NCBI RefSeq assembly: GCF_009914755.1
Contig: NC_060942.1
Source: the human T2T-CHM13v2.0 reference genome, Homo sapiens
Strand: one strand, 5' to 3'
Length of the DNA stretch: 64,000 nucleotides
The position numbers and the translations under genes were made by a program. Under the pieces are notes generated by a model, which was not told the origin of the DNA, made no database searches, and saw only the letters and a program-made list of their open reading frames with translations. Numbering within the stretch: position 1 is the stretch's first letter; each line of letters opens with the position of its first letter. Below are positions 1 to 22,069 of the stretch, in pieces.

Positions 1-39
1 GCATTTATTAAGACACTACCAGGGGTGAGACCCTGAGTA

Positions 40-212
40 AATGATTGTCAAATTTGAATATGTGGTTAGAAACACCTGAAGGACTGCTGGGCCCCACACC
101 CAGAGTTTATGATTCATTGAGTTTGAGCTGGGACTTGAGAATTTACATTTCTAGCAAATTCCCAGATGATACTGATATTGCTGTCTGGAGGCCACACTTT
201 GAAGACCACTGC
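40..212. mobile_element. MER5A-like hAT/Charlie DNA transposon fragment
   Basis: 'ctgctgggccccacacccagagttt..gattca...atttacatttctagcaaattcccagatgat..ctgat..tgctg..ggaggccacactttgaagaccactg' follows the MER5A consensus as I recall it. Confidence 0.75.
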
Positions 213-1391
213 CTCTAGGAATGGGAAAAGAAATTAGATACCAGCAATCTGTCCTTAATGAGATTGCTTAAGGCTTTGTATTAGGGATGTACTTTGTCAT
301 GGAACATGTCATATAAATGACAAACTGAGAACACTGGCAACATATTTTAAAAGTAAAATATAGTACAATACACGCCAGAAGTTCTGAGAAGGATAAATAA
401 TTAAGTAGTGGTGAGGCAGAAGAGGCTAATTAGAGATGACAAAGAATAATACAAAAACCATGGGCCACAGAGCCAGGGGTGGCCTGGAGCTGAGCTGAGC
501 TTATTAGGGGACAACTGCATAGGTGGACCTAAGGGCAAAACTGAAGGTTTTAAATGCTATGAAGCGTAGGGCCATGCTGCTGGTGCTAATTAAGCACTGA
601 GAACTACCTTTCATACAAGGCTGAGATCTGTACATGAGAGCTGAAACAGCCTCTTGCTACTTGATCATGAACATCTTCAGTTAGATCCAGAAAGGGTCTA
701 GTGAGGGTAGGTGGGTTACTCAAAATCCCTAGTGTTTAATTAGTTTTAGTTAGTTGAGACTGATTGTGATGAAACACAACATTTAACTTTGCTATCTCCT
801 AGGCAAGTGCTGCCAGAAATAAAAAGTCTCCTTTTTACAGAAAAGAGAACATGGAAAGGCGGTCCAGAGTTCAGTCTCAAAGGCAATGCTGGGCAGGGAC
901 TGACAAAGGGTTGAGGAGTGTCCATTAACCTGGGTATTGGTGATGGAAAGCATATCCTGAAATTGGAGATAGCAAGACTCTTGGTGAACTGTTGAGTAGA
1001 CTGGGTTGAATTCAGTGAAGGATCTAAAGGAAAAATAAAAATATTAATGCTTCTATGTAGTTTTAAAAGTTGTGACCATAAGATAGCAAGTATAATCACA
1101 CACCAAAAAATGACTTTTCTGTCCCAAGTGAGTGGTAGGCTTCAATGTAGTCACCCAGAAAACATTAAATATTTGTCATATGTTCAAGATACATTTTGAA
1201 ACATCTAAGGAAATAGAAATTATCACTTTGTTACATGTGCATGTAGGTGCACACACAGAGTATTACTCAGCAAATTTTTTCAGCTTTATTCTATATAATT
1301 ATATATTTTTTCCAGCCTTATTCTGCCTGACTATCCAGATTTTACACTGTTTAGATCTGGCTGTTTCCAAATTGCACAAACTGTCTTGAAC

Positions 1392-2220
1392 TGAAATGGA
1401 CAGAAGGCAGGCAAATACTGGTAGAAGAGGGCAGGATCTTTGGCAAGGGCTCCACCCACAAGCCTGGACCCACAGCCCAAAGTGAGAACTATCCCTGTTT
1501 TCCCACCTGATTGTTGCCTTTTGGCCCACCCCACACCACCCCCTATCCTGTGCCCATAAGAATCCCAAGCCCCAGACTCAGTGGACACACACACAGAAGA
1601 GAGAAGTGTCTGGATATTGAGATGAGAAGAAGCAGCTGGAGGTCAGGGACTATGGTCAGAGAGGAGTTCAGCTGGAGACATCTGGGCTTCAGGGGAAGAT
1701 TATCTTCCTGCTCCATCCCCTTTCCAGCTCCCTTTCCTACTGAGGCCCACTTTTACCACTCAATAAAGTCCTCCACATTCACCATCTTCAATTTGTTCAT
1801 GTGACCTGATTCTTCCTGGACACTGGATCAGAACTCAGGTACCAAGACAGCAAAGTGTAAAAGGCTGTCACCCTCACCTTCCACTGAGCTGGTTAACACT
1901 TAGCCATCCACAGACAGCAAATGTTAAAGGAGCACTGATTGTAACACAGGCCCTCTGGGGCTCTGGGGGTCGCAGACAGCCCCTCCCAGACCGCAGAGCT
2001 AAAAGACCATTGTAACACACTTTGACACTGCTGCAGAACCCACACAAAGCTTGCTCCCGCCGGAGAGGAGCCACAGGCCAGTTCCACATTCATTTGCTCT
2101 GGGTCCCACACCCATCCACTCATGTGCTTCCTTCCATAAGGGATTCAGCATGGTAAACAAGTAAACAAGTCACTCATGTCACAAGTCCCGCAAAGGGGTC
2201 AAGGGAACACTCTTGTTTCA
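1392..2220 (+). mobile_element. Solo ERV1 LTR, LTR1-family-like
   Basis: Begins 'TGaaatggacagaaggcaggcaaatactggtagaagagggc' and ends 'gggaacactcttgtttCA'. Internal AATAAA at ~1762. 4-bp TSD GAAC at 1388-1391 and 2221-2224. Confidence 0.8.
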
Positions 2221-2279
2221 GAACCACTGAAGAAATTCAAAGAATCTGTGATAAGCTTCTTAACAGTGCCCTGGGATCT

Positions 2280-2793
2280 TGTGATTTCCCAGGATAGAAA
2301 TCAAGAGAGATCACCAGAGGCAGCAATGAAGAGAGTTTATTACCTCTCAGGGAGCCAGTCATGAGAGAACAAAAAGGAGTGGGCTGTTCCCCGAAGATAC
2401 TGTGTGGTTCGGTTAGGTATAGGGTCTTTCCATAGGGAAGGATTCCCTCAGGGAATGTATAGGGGGAGTTTTGCTAGCACCTGCACAATGGCTCAACATG
2501 TTTCTTCATACATTTCATGTAGCATTAGCATTTTAAATCTCCACCCCTGGGCATGAACTTTAGTGTTAAAATGAGGAAAAGATAACTTTAGGTTGGAGTT
2601 TAAGTCTGACTCCACATATGGGACTCTGGGAAAGCCTCTAGCCCCCTGAAATAGAAATTTGCAATTAATAGCTTCCTTGGTCTTTTATTGCTGATTGGCT
2701 GAGAGTTAGACAAGCTAGAGCTTGAGTAGAGGGGCTTTTATCCTTTTCCTTCAGACAATCTTAAGATAGGGAACCAACCAGTCGGCCTGTCTC
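2280..2793 (-). mobile_element. ERV1 (MER4-group-like) LTR
   Basis: Minus strand begins 'TGAGACAGGCC' at 2793, with a minus-strand AATAAA near 2336. Subfamily not determined. Confidence 0.5.
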
Positions 2794-3185
2794 AGGCTCT
2801 AAGGAAAATTCTGAGAGGTCAGCAAGAAACCTAATATTATAAACAACAGTGCCATCAACACTTATTTAAATATATAAATATAAATTTTAAAGGCCCTATT
2901 AAAGTCATTCTGAGCCTGTACATTTAAACCGTTCTAAAGGTTTACGGGTATTTAGATACGAGAAGAAATTAGACCCAAATTATGCATCAATATCCAATAC
3001 GTGTGCACTGTGTATTCAAGATCAATATAATCTCCCACAGACTGTTCTGCTGAGTTAGCTAATATACAAAGACTTAGTTTGTTTTCTATATGTTAGAATA
3101 TGAAAGAAAAGATATGTAGCTCACTGCCATTCCAAAATCCCAACAAATTATGGAACTGCCTCCATTGTGAAGCTGACTAGTTTTC

Positions 3186-3442
<257 letters not shown>

Positions 3443-3821
3443 GCTAGTTGTTTTTTAAAAGCCATCTTTCTAATGAAATGTAACACTGATGATTGCCTTA
3501 CACATAGATGACATTAGGCCTCACATAGTAATCTCAGTGCTAACTACATGTCTTACCCTTCCTAAAATTTTACATTTTCTCTGTGGTTAAAGTCATCTTA
3601 CAAAAAGACCCACATTTTACAAAGATTTAATTGTCTTGGATTTCAAATTACAACTAGTTTGATAGCCAAAAGGTTAAAAACAAATTGATTTTATGAAAAA
3701 TTCTTATAGTATTAAATTCGACATGGATTACCATTAATAATAGAATCCTCTGCTGGCTGTGAGACATGCAAAGTTGCAAAGCCCAGATCCACAGATTAGA
3801 AAGGATTTTGACATGTATAAT

Positions 3822-4165
3822 TGTCTTAGTCAGTTTGGGCTGCTATAACAAGATATCATAGACTGAGTGATTTAAACAACAGAGATTGATTTCTGGAGTT
3901 CTGGAGCCTAGGATAGTCCAGGGTCAGGGTGTCAGCAGACTGTGACTGGTGAAGACCCCCTTCCTGGTTTGCAGATGCTGTCTTCTTGTATCCTTAGATG
4001 GTGGAGAGAGAGATCATCTTTTCTTATAAGGGCAGGAATCACACCTATGAGGGCTCCACATTCATGACCTAATCACCTCCCCAAGGCCCCACCTCCAAAT
4101 ATCATCAACTTGGGGGTTAGGCTTCAATATATGAATTCTGGGGGGACACAGATATTCATTCACAG
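3822..4165 (-). mobile_element. MaLR LTR (MLT1A/MST-like)
   Basis: 'tgtcttagtcagtttgggctgctataacaa...catgacctaatcacctccccaaggccccacctccaaata..atcaacttggggg..ttcaatatatgaattctggggggacaca'. Confidence 0.85.
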
Positions 4166-4226
4166 TAATAGTGAGCACTGTTGACAGCACACACAGATAC
4201 CCCACATTCTTTTGCTCTTTCTGTAA

Positions 4227-4568
<342 letters not shown>

Positions 4569-4589
4569 TGCAACTGAGACTGTCTTTAA

Positions 4590-4878
4590 GGATCTCTGCA
4601 TGGAGCTGGGAGAATGGGGAGTTTTAACCCTCTGTGCAGTTCTTAGGCAATGACTGACTGACTGGTCCAAGTGTCTGACAATCTGACTCCCTGGCCTCAA
4701 GCTGGATGAGGCTGAAGCTGGACTTTGACAAAATCACACACTTTCTTGGGTTCTCTCTCTTCCATATCCTTCTTTCCCTTCTCCTTCCCTGTCTTCCTCT
4801 GAGATCACCTTCTTAATAAATTACTCCCACATGACTCCTCATCTCAGGGGCTGCTTGAGGAGAATATGACATCAGACA
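4590..4878 (+). mobile_element. ERVL LTR fragment (LTR16-like)
   Basis: 3' end 'aataaattactcccacatgactcctcatctcaggggctgcttgaggagaatatgacatcagaca' resembles LTR16-group termini. Confidence 0.5.
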
Positions 4879-4923
4879 ATATATGCACAAAGAGCTTTAC
4901 AAATTTATAAAATTTTTTAATTA

Positions 4924-5052
4924 ATTTTTTTTTGTAGAAATGGGATCTCGCTATGTTACCTAGGCTGGTCTCAAACTCTTGGGCTCAAGCAGTTCTCCTA
5001 CCTCTGCCTCCCAAAGTGCTGGGATTATAAGTATGAGCCATCGCACCCTGCC
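4924..5052 (-). mobile_element. Alu monomer (FLAM-like)
   Basis: 'tagaaatgggatctcgctatgttacctaggctggtctcaaactcttgggctcaagc...cccaaagtgctgggatta'. Confidence 0.85.
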
Positions 5053-5832
5053 AAAATAAGATAACTTTTGTAACCAAAATATAGGCAGAGCCCTTCATGG
5101 CACAGACTCTGCACAGATTTCATCTGAAACCAACAGCAATCCAGTATTCTTTAGTTACCCCTCAGAAATATTTAATTAAGGTTGGGGAGAAATGGCTGTT
5201 ATGAGACAAGGGACATAAATTGATGCAAGTAGATTTATTACAATGATCCCATTTCTACTCACATGTTACTGAGGCTCAAAGAAGTGAGTACTGCACATTG
5301 AGTATATGACATGGGACCAGCCCAACAGGTGAAATAAGTTGGAAATCTGTTTCATGTCTGAATTTGGAATGCAATAGCAGAAATCTGTTTTATGTGTAAA
5401 TTTGGAATGCACTGCCATAAAGTATATCCTTTAAAGGTTTTATGCCTATGGTTACAAATCTTGTGGAGTGAGGACTTTAACATATCCCTCTTTTCTCTCA
5501 GGCAGAACTGTAAGGTCTAATAAACATATTGGATTTAAGTTCTAATAAAGATGTAAGCCATAAAATTAATCTCTTGTTAGGCTTCTCTGCTTACATTTGT
5601 ACACTTGCTTCCAATCTTCAAGCAAGAGAGCTCTGCCCTCTAGAAAGAAGATGTGGGCCCATTCTGCAGGCCCAGAGGATTCAGGGACAGCTGCAGTTTC
5701 ACATTTATCAATGACATCTATTCACATTTTCTGATTCCAAGTCTTAAGAAGCCATTTCTTCCTTACCAAGGTTCTAGCTGTTGCATGGGATTGCTGAGGA
5801 TGTAAACTGGGCGTCCCTGAAGGTCCACTGTT

Positions 5833-6140
<308 letters not shown>

Positions 6141-6408
6141 AAAGGTCCACTGTTCTTATAGTTGGTCCTGGCCTGGTCTTCAGCATGGTCTCCCTTGGCT
6201 ATAGAAAAAGGGGGTTTGTTTAAGAGCTGCCAAGGGACTTTCTGACTTTCTCACTTTGCCTTATGCTGACCAACTGGAGTCTGTCCTTTTCTCCTTTCCA
6301 TTTATCATGGAACCCATCCACAGCCTTTGTAATGACCATTTACCTTGTACCATCAAAAGCCAAAGAAAATTGCACAATCTAGCATACCCGTTCTGTCAGA
6401 ATCCCTTC

Positions 6409-6822
6409 TGTATTAGTTTCCTAGAGCTTCTATAACAAAATACAATAAATTGGGTGGCATAGAACATGAGGAATTTATTGTCTCACAGTTCTGGAGACTA
6501 GAAGTCCAAAATCAAGGTGTCGGCAAGGTTGGTTCTGAGAACTGTAGGGAAGAATCTGTTCCACGACCTCCCTGTTGGCCTCAAATTGTTCTTGTGGATG
6601 CCCTGTGTCTTCACACCATCTTTCCTCTAAGCATGTATGTCACCATGTTCAAATTTCACTTTTTTTGTGAGGGCAACAGTGATATTGAATTAGGGCCCAC
6701 CCTAATGATCTCATTCTAGTTGGATTATCTGCAAATATCTTATTTCCCAGTAATATCACATTCCCAGGTACTAGAGGTGAAATTCAACATCTTTTGAGGT
6801 TACATAATTCAACCCATTACAT
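6409..6822 (-). mobile_element. MaLR LTR (MLT1B/C-like)
   Basis: 'tgtattagtttcctagagcttctataacaaa...tctcacagttctggagactagaagtccaaaatcaaggtgtcggcaagg...ataattcaacccattaca'. Confidence 0.85.
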
Positions 6823-6999
6823 CATCTTAATTCGCTCCAGGTAAAAGTTTTAGCAACTGCAATGCTCTAGTGTGTCAGGGCCCCTCTGGGCTCCACATAT
6901 CCCCTGTGATGGAGTATTTATTGCCACTTAGCTGGTGACTTAACTCTAGAATCCCATCCTCAGAATCTGCCTCCAAAAATCATCCTTGCCCTCCTAACC

Positions 7000-7330
7000 A
7001 AATACCTAAGGCTGGACCTCCAGAAGCCGACTCTGAGACACAGATCATGAACAAGGTATTTATTAAGGGCCAGGAGAAGAATGCAAGAGAAAAGGAAATG
7101 AAGAACAGAGAAAGGCACAATTTTAGCCAACTCCCTGGCCTTAGCCAGATCTTTGGGGAGCTCTAGACCATAAATTATGTCAGAATTTGCCCCATTTTGA
7201 GGAAAGGGAGTCAGGCTTTCAGAATCTTGCACAGTCATTGGCTATAGGCTTCCCTAGAACTACACTACCAGGCATTCCAGGCTTTCTCTGGGAGGGATGG
7301 ACTGGCCCATGGTCAGCCTCTGAAGAAGGT
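7000..7330 (-). mobile_element. Old ERVL/MaLR LTR fragment
   Basis: 'ccagaagccgactctgagacacagatcatgaacaaggtatttattaagg' resembles the reverse of LTR16/MLT-type termini. Confidence 0.4.
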
Positions 7331-8910
7331 CACAGGGGCAGGCCATTTGGAACAAAGCACAGAGAAGCTATAGGATGCATGCACATGGCTGGTAAAGTGG
7401 ATAAGAAGGGGTCCGGGGAGAGCATGGAGAAAGTTTACCACCCAAAGCAATACACTTTTGCCTACTTGTGCTGACATTTACTGAGCTTCAACACAGGAAT
7501 GTTCTAGATAAAATAATATTACTCTGGAACATTGAGGGAAGACCAAGAATGCCTTGAGATAGGACTCAGCATGTCCTGGAAGCAGGGTGCCATTGTGTGG
7601 GAGGGAGGTGCCCAGCAGAGGTAATTCTTGGATCCATGGCACCTGCAGTGGACAACTGGCCAGGAGGAGCCACAGGAACCAGCCCCACGGGCTCAACAAG
7701 GCCACAGAGCAGCAGCAGGAGGCCCTGAGTAAGACCCTGTTTGTGACAGTCCCCTGAAACTTTAAAAGACAAAGCAAGGGAAGAAAGCGGCGGTGAAGAT
7801 GGATTAAAGGCCTCACAGTAACAGGTCTGTAGGTAGAGCCAGAGAAATCAACGCTTATTGTTTTTAATGTGTCCCGCTTTTTCTCCTTCCTTTTAATGCT
7901 AGATGGGTGTGGCAATCCTTTGTTAAGACAGAAATTATTTTACTTTTTTTCCACAGTGGTACAGAAAAATGTACAGGGCTCATTAGAAATATTTAGTGGA
8001 TGGAAAGTAGTTTGAAGAAATCAATGAGGTTGAAAATAATAATAAAAGAAGTCAGAAAGGGGCAGAGAAAGATAGAAATTTACAGGTTTCAAAGCAGGGA
8101 TACATGAGGAAAAAGGTTACATAAGTTCTCTCTTTGAAGCACAGAAGGTGTGCAGGAAGGGAATAACACCCATCCAAATGCTCGTGCTCAAGAGATTCAG
8201 GTTTCTCTTAAAGTGAGGTCCTGGGAGTGCAGACTGAATATATTTGAGGAAACCTAGGTTCAGACAGGTTAAGTGATTTTTCTCAGTTACACAGCTTAAA
8301 AAATATTATAAAAATTCTTATGAGGATTATAACTGACAAGTAGGTGTCTTTTTTGCTCACAGAATATTCTATGGCAAATCCTAGACTCAGGTTCTTATAG
8401 CCATAGCCCCAGGCTGTGCCAAACATCCGCACACACCCACTTTCCCATTCTCTCCAGCAGACCTCATAAGTTATCTTAATACGTAGTCTATGGTCTATTT
8501 AGCCAACACCTGCACACAATCATCATTTATCAAATTGCCTAGGCAAACCAACATCGGCTTTGCTATATCTGGGCAAATGTCTCTCCTATATTTAGCCTTT
8601 TAGCCACAGTGCGATGATTGGAATGTGTCTTACAGAAAGGAAGCTTTCTCTGAGAGCCATGCAGGGGTGAGGCGGCAAGCCTCTGACGGAGATAACTTCC
8701 TGACGTGTGTTTGGGATTTCTCCAAGCTGCTGAAATAGTACTTGAAGTGTTTCATGGACACACGGAGATTTAACACCTGCAAAGTTAAGCCTGATGCCCT
8801 AAGGTGGAATGCTGAAACGGCAGAGAGCAGAGCAAGTGTAGGTGAGGATTGCGTTTCACCTTCCTAGTGCCCTCATAGGGCGCTGTTGGATTTATGTCTC
8901 ACTGAGTGAG

Positions 8911-8926
8911 GCGCCCTCTCCTGGCC
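8911..8926 (-). promoter_or_regulatory. CTCF-like motif
   Basis: Minus strand reads GGCCAGGAGAGGGCGC, matching the CTCF core CCASYAGRKGGCRS except at one position. It lies in apparently non-repetitive sequence. Confidence 0.55.
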
Positions 8927-10739
8927 GACGATCCCACTGGCTCAGTCACAGCAGGAAAGCGAGAGCTGCAGGTTGCAGAAAGACAGGGCTCCACTCTCAA
9001 GGGAAACTGCTGACAATGCCAAAAGTCAGAATCTTTTCACTGTCTCTTTACATCCCAGCTGTCAGACAAGCTAACTTTAAATTTTAACTTAGGCAAGATT
9101 GTGCTTTTTATAGAATAGTTCAACACTGAGGGCAAATTTCATTCTAATGTGACAAAAGCAGCGTTGGGAAAAGAATTGGAAATGTGTGCTTTTGAATGTG
9201 ACCTGAGATATAGCTTCCAAAGCTGGCCATTGCTCTCCTGGCCCAGAGCCTGACCCCATCTCATGACAGGAGAAGCTGAATCTCACGCTCTGTAAGAACC
9301 TGGCTTACTCCTTCATTAATGTGAGTCCCTGTTCTCAGAAGTGGATCACTGTAGTTTGAAGGATCAACATTGATCAAACATGTCCATTTCTGCCAGTTTT
9401 ACCCCTCTCTATGCTGTTACTAAACAAGAGAAGTTATTCTACAATTTATGTAAGTTATAAAATAGTAATTAAATATTTTGGAATATGTGAAAAAGTAAAC
9501 TACCACAATCTCCCTACCTACCTACAGTATTATCATCAATGTATTTCCTTTTTTCTCCTTTTATATGCACATTTACACTAAATGTTTATGTGTACATATA
9601 TATTTTAGCCTATACTACTATTTTATTTTGATTTAACATGTATTTTATTTACTATGTAATATATGACATATAAATATACATTTTATGTTATATTATCACC
9701 TTATATTTATAGCTTTCTTCCGTAATGTTGATTAATTATTACCATGAGTAAATTATATTTAGAGAATATGCTGCAGCAATAAAAAGCTTAATAACAAGGA
9801 ATCTGGACTAAAGTAGAACAGGGTAAGACCACATCCAATTAAGAAAGCTCTTTGGACACATATATATTCCACCAACAGAGCTACTAAAATGTAACTTACA
9901 TTCTTAAGTTTTCCACAGTCTGTGTACCCATGTTGCCAAAGATACACTACAGTAAGAAATAAGAGAATTTTATACCTGAAAGATTTTTGTCTGTGCTGGC
10001 TTGTAGGGAATATTCTTAAAGACTAGCTTCAACTCTGTCTGTTGTTGTTCCCAATGAATTATCCAAGTATCTAAGAGTTTAGGGTTCATGCTGCCTTCAG
10101 CCATTGAGGCCATTCACCTGGTGAGATATGTTTGCCCCAACAAAACATGGACCCCCTGGAGAATATATACGTGCCTGCAGTCATGTTCCATTATGGTTTT
10201 GCTTTCAGTTAGCCAATCATATATATAATTCATAGTAAGGGTATCAAGGTCTGTTTTTGTTCCACCAGCAAGCCCATGGCAGTTTGGGAACCAGAGGCAT
10301 TCAGAGTATCTGAAATCACTCCAAGTCCCAGGATGGGCTGGACCTACCTGAGAGCTCTACAGGGCAAAGGCAAGCTGTTCTGTGTCTATTTTCTCCTTAA
10401 GCCATTTCATACACACATCTTTGGTGAGAGCACCTAAGTGTCATAAAATGCTGACTTTGGACCCAAAGACAGATTACCTTGAATGAAATGGGCTGGGATT
10501 TCCAATTAGCAGCAGAAATTCCAGGAATTTCCAGATTACTTGGCACCCATATTATCAGCTACATATAGGGAGCCTGGACTTGAAAATTCAGGAGCATGGG
10601 GGTGCATGGTAGTGAATTCCTGTAATTTTATATTGCCTTGGCATTCATTTTGAATATAAATTGGACTTTCTCATACAAGAAACATGGTTTAGTCACCCTT
10701 GGCACAATTTCCAGTTCTCTATTTCATCCCAGTTCCTTA

Positions 10740-11510
10740 ATATGGTCAATCCAGATATCTCCCTTATACAATTGTCTGCTGTTGACCACCTTCCCTAAAG
10801 GACAGTTAGGTACCACCTACTGCCTTACCCCACTGACTCCTCCATCCCCCATAGACTGTACAGATATGCTGCAGCGACAACCTCTCAGTAACAGCGTGGC
10901 CACATAGGACTTGGAATAGCTTGCTTTAAACTTGCAAATTAGAACTCCCATGGAAACCCACCTAATAATACCCTGGACTCCAATAAAAGCTTTAGCACAC
11001 AGGTCCCTCACTCTCTCTTTTGCTCTGCACTTTGTCGTTCTGGTAGAGCATGTAAGTCTGGAATGGCTCCGCTTTCCCATCAGCTCTGCAAGGAGTGCTG
11101 CCCTTTTCTCTAATCTGTAAGTAATAAACTCCTCCTATTATTGTGTGGTTTTTGTTGCATCGCCTCCTCTGCATCTCACCTGACTGACACACCTGAACCT
11201 AGCTTCTTTCCAAGGGAAAGCTCTCCTAGACAATGGATATCTTGGTAGAAATAAACTGGACATAGGTCAGACAAGAGCCATGAGGGTGCCTGCTGGTATA
11301 AGCATGTTTCCTGTGAGTGGGACACCTGGTCATGGGTTGGACGCTTAGGCGCTAGGCAACACTTAGGCATTAGGCCATCCACTAGGATAAAGAAGTCACT
11401 GTAGACATCCATGACCCAAATACTGGAGCCCTTTCAGTGCAGGGTTAGAATTCATAGCCATTTGCCAGAGAGAAACCTCAAGACCAAATTAGAAAAACAA
11501 AATTCCAGTA
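10740..11510 (+). mobile_element. ERVL LTR (MER54/MER74-like)
   Basis: AATAAA motifs plus 'ggcattaggccatccactaggataaagaagt...agaccaaattagaaaaacaa', resembling MER54-group LTRs. Confidence 0.55.
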
Positions 11511-12284
11511 CTCACCAACAGCCTCCTGCTTTTAGAGAAGGGGGTGCTTGAAACTTCTGATTAGCCTCTCACTCTGTCATTTCCCATCTCCCCAGGAGGT
11601 AAAATAGCTCACCCCTGCTAGGGAAGGGTAGAAGTGGGGAGAAGCTAGGCAGATGGTTGGCAAGGATTACTTCTCGTATTTCATCCTAATTTGCATTAAT
11701 GCTCAACTTTGCATCACTCTTTCTGTGTATATAATTTTTTAGTAAAAAAAATTCCTCTTCTTTTCAATTTTGAGCCTGAAATTGTGAACAATTTGATTGC
11801 TATTTGTTAGTCACATTAAGATTCTCTTAAAATATACTCACACATTGTTATGTATCTAGCAGGTGTATACTAATGTATGTTCTTGTAAAAATATGCCTAT
11901 GGGTATTTAATGCCAGAGACAATTACTGTATTTCATTTGAAGTTCAGTCCACAGCATGGGACCTCTTCTGAAAGTGCATGTACAAAAATGATTATGTCTA
12001 GTATAGCTCAAAGTATTATATTCTGTTCTCATTCCTGGAGAATATTACATTTTTCTCCCTCCAGAATTTTGTAATTAGTGTAGATCTTTCAAAACTTCAC
12101 AGGTAAAAGTGCCACAGAAACATTTTTCAAAATGGTTTTGTCAATACTTTAATCAAAGAATTAGCTAAAGACTTGCTGTTTGAATATGAAATTATGTTAT
12201 TCTCACAAAATCTTTCCCTCTGTGATTAAAAATTGTAATCCTCATGTTCTTGTTTTATTGCCTGCTATATATAAAATATATTTA

Positions 12285-12402
12285 GGGCAGGGCACAGTGG
12301 ATCATGCCTGTAATCCCAGCACTTTGGGAGACCTAGGCAGGAGGATTATTTGAGCCCAGGAATTTGAGACCAGCCTGGGCAGCACACAGAGACCCCAACT
12401 CT
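12285..12402 (+). mobile_element. Alu monomer (FLAM-like)
   Basis: 'ggcagggcacagtggatcatgcctgtaatcccagcactttgggag...gagaccagcctgggc'. Confidence 0.85.
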
Positions 12403-12809
12403 CTCTCTATGTGTGTGAATAAACTAATGTGAATTTCCTTTCCCTACCTGTACTGGAACAAGTTTAAAAGTCCTACACACATAGGGGAAACATTAAGAAA
12501 TGTAAGTCATTATCATCATCATGGTCATCTTCACCAAACATTCATTTGGCTGGTGGGAAACAGATTCAAATTCAGTTCTGTTTGACATCTGAATTCAAGA
12601 CATTCACATCTTGAAAGTTTAATCCTTATCCTTTACTGCCTCATGTATTCTATGTAACCAAGAGAGATGATGGGCTTGTATTTATTTGCACCTTTTCTTT
12701 GGTTCTACATAGGCAACTATTTGTCTTCTACATAAAACTTTATTTATCCTGAGCCAGTCTGGATAGGCTTGTGTTCCTGAATATTGAGAGTTCTCTGAGT
12801 AAATGCTCT

Positions 12810-13897
12810 CTCTAGATAATTTTATCCTATATCATAGGTTTTAATCTTACCCAGATGCTGGTTATTTCTAAACTAACACATCCAGCCTTGACCTCCCCCT
12901 CTGTGTCCAGATTCAGATACCTGACTGCCAAATTAACACCTCCTCTGGGATATCTGAGAAGCATTCTGAATTTAACCACTCAAAACAGAAACTTTGATTC
13001 CTCCCTGCCCCAAATATGATGCTCCCCCTCACTTCCAGTCTTAGTGGAAATATCATCTCTAACTATCCAGTGGCTCTGGCCCTCAATTTAAAAATCAGCC
13101 TGGATTCCCTATGTTTTACACACTCCACATCCATTCCATTGGCAAAGCCTGTCAACTTTACCTACACAACTCATCCTAAATTGAGTTCTCACCTTTTTTG
13201 TAGATACTACCCGAGGCCATGGTTCCGTTATCTCTCTTCTAAATTACTGCAGTCACTTCTGACTGTTCCCTCTACTTCCATTACTTTTTTTTTTTTCCAA
13301 CCCAATCCCAGCTATTTTCCAAACAGGAGCCAGAATGATTCTTCCAAAAACGTAGATCAGATCACATCATTTCCTGCTCAAATTCTACAACAGATTTTCA
13401 TCACATGAAACAAATCCATAAGTCTTCACCATTATCTCCCAGGCCACAGGGAATCTAGGCCCTGCTTATCTTTTGTATCTCTTACTTACTACTTTTCCCT
13501 CTGCCACTCTATATCACTTTGGCACTATTTTTCTTGCTGTTTATTAAACCTCCCAGCTCTTGCAGCCTTAAGGCTTCTGATTGGCTATTCCCTCTTGCAT
13601 CAGATATTGGTGTGGTTCTTTCATCATTTCTTTCACTTCTGAGCCTTCTCTCCAACAATACTCTCTACACACACACATTGTGTCATTCTATATTCAACCA
13701 CGCTTTATTTTTTCCACATAGCCCTTGTCACAACCTAACACTATATTATGCATTTGCTTCTTAACTTGCTTACTGTTTTTTCATTAGACTGGACACTCCA
13801 CAAGGGCAGAGATTTCACCAATTTTGCTCATCCTTGTATTAAAAACATTTTTTAAAGTGTCTGGCACACAGTAGGTTCTAAAAATAAGTGTTGAATT
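12810..13897 (+). mobile_element. L2 LINE 3' region
   Basis: Pyrimidine-rich L2 signatures ('ccagccttgacctcc..tccagattcagata..ctgactgcc'), ending 'ctggcacacagtaggttc..aaataagtgttgaat'. Confidence 0.75.
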
Positions 13898-14008
13898 TTA
13901 CCATTATGCTTTTGATATTTTTTCTAAAATAGGTTTTTATGCTCTGTATTCTTAGATTATGCTGAACACCATCGTTTTTAAGATTTGCAGCATTTGTTAG
14001 AAATGCTA

Positions 14009-14337
<329 letters not shown>

Positions 14338-14761
14338 TACACATATAAGAAGAGTATGATAAAAGTGTGGGAGGCTTCTGTTGAATATGGCTTTAGTTCT
14401 CATTTTGAACATAATGTAACAGTCACGGTACATTAATGGCTTCCCTACTTTTTTTTTTAAAGCATTACTTATTACATTACTCATATTTTTCTTTCGTATC
14501 TCTCACATCTTATTCCATGAAATAAGTGCATTTTTTTCTGCCATTTTTTCCTGTTGAATGTTCATTCACACTTCAAAATGCAGGTAAAATGTTAGCTTCA
14601 TCAGCACTCACAGTTATAACTTTTCCCTTGTCTTCCAGTATATAGGTAATTATATACAATCTTACTATAAAATTTATTATGTTATTGCAATCTGATTATT
14701 AAACTAGATTTAGTGAGATGAAAGCAGAAAAAATAGCTACTCACTTTGTCCACTAAATTTC

Positions 14762-21973
<7,212 letters not shown>

Positions 21974-22069
21974 TGTCCACTAACCTTCAAATTCCCACAC
22001 CCAGAGGTTAGTTTCAGAAGATCACAGACTTTGTCATTGTGTTCAGGTACTGAGTATCTCATCTTTAAA

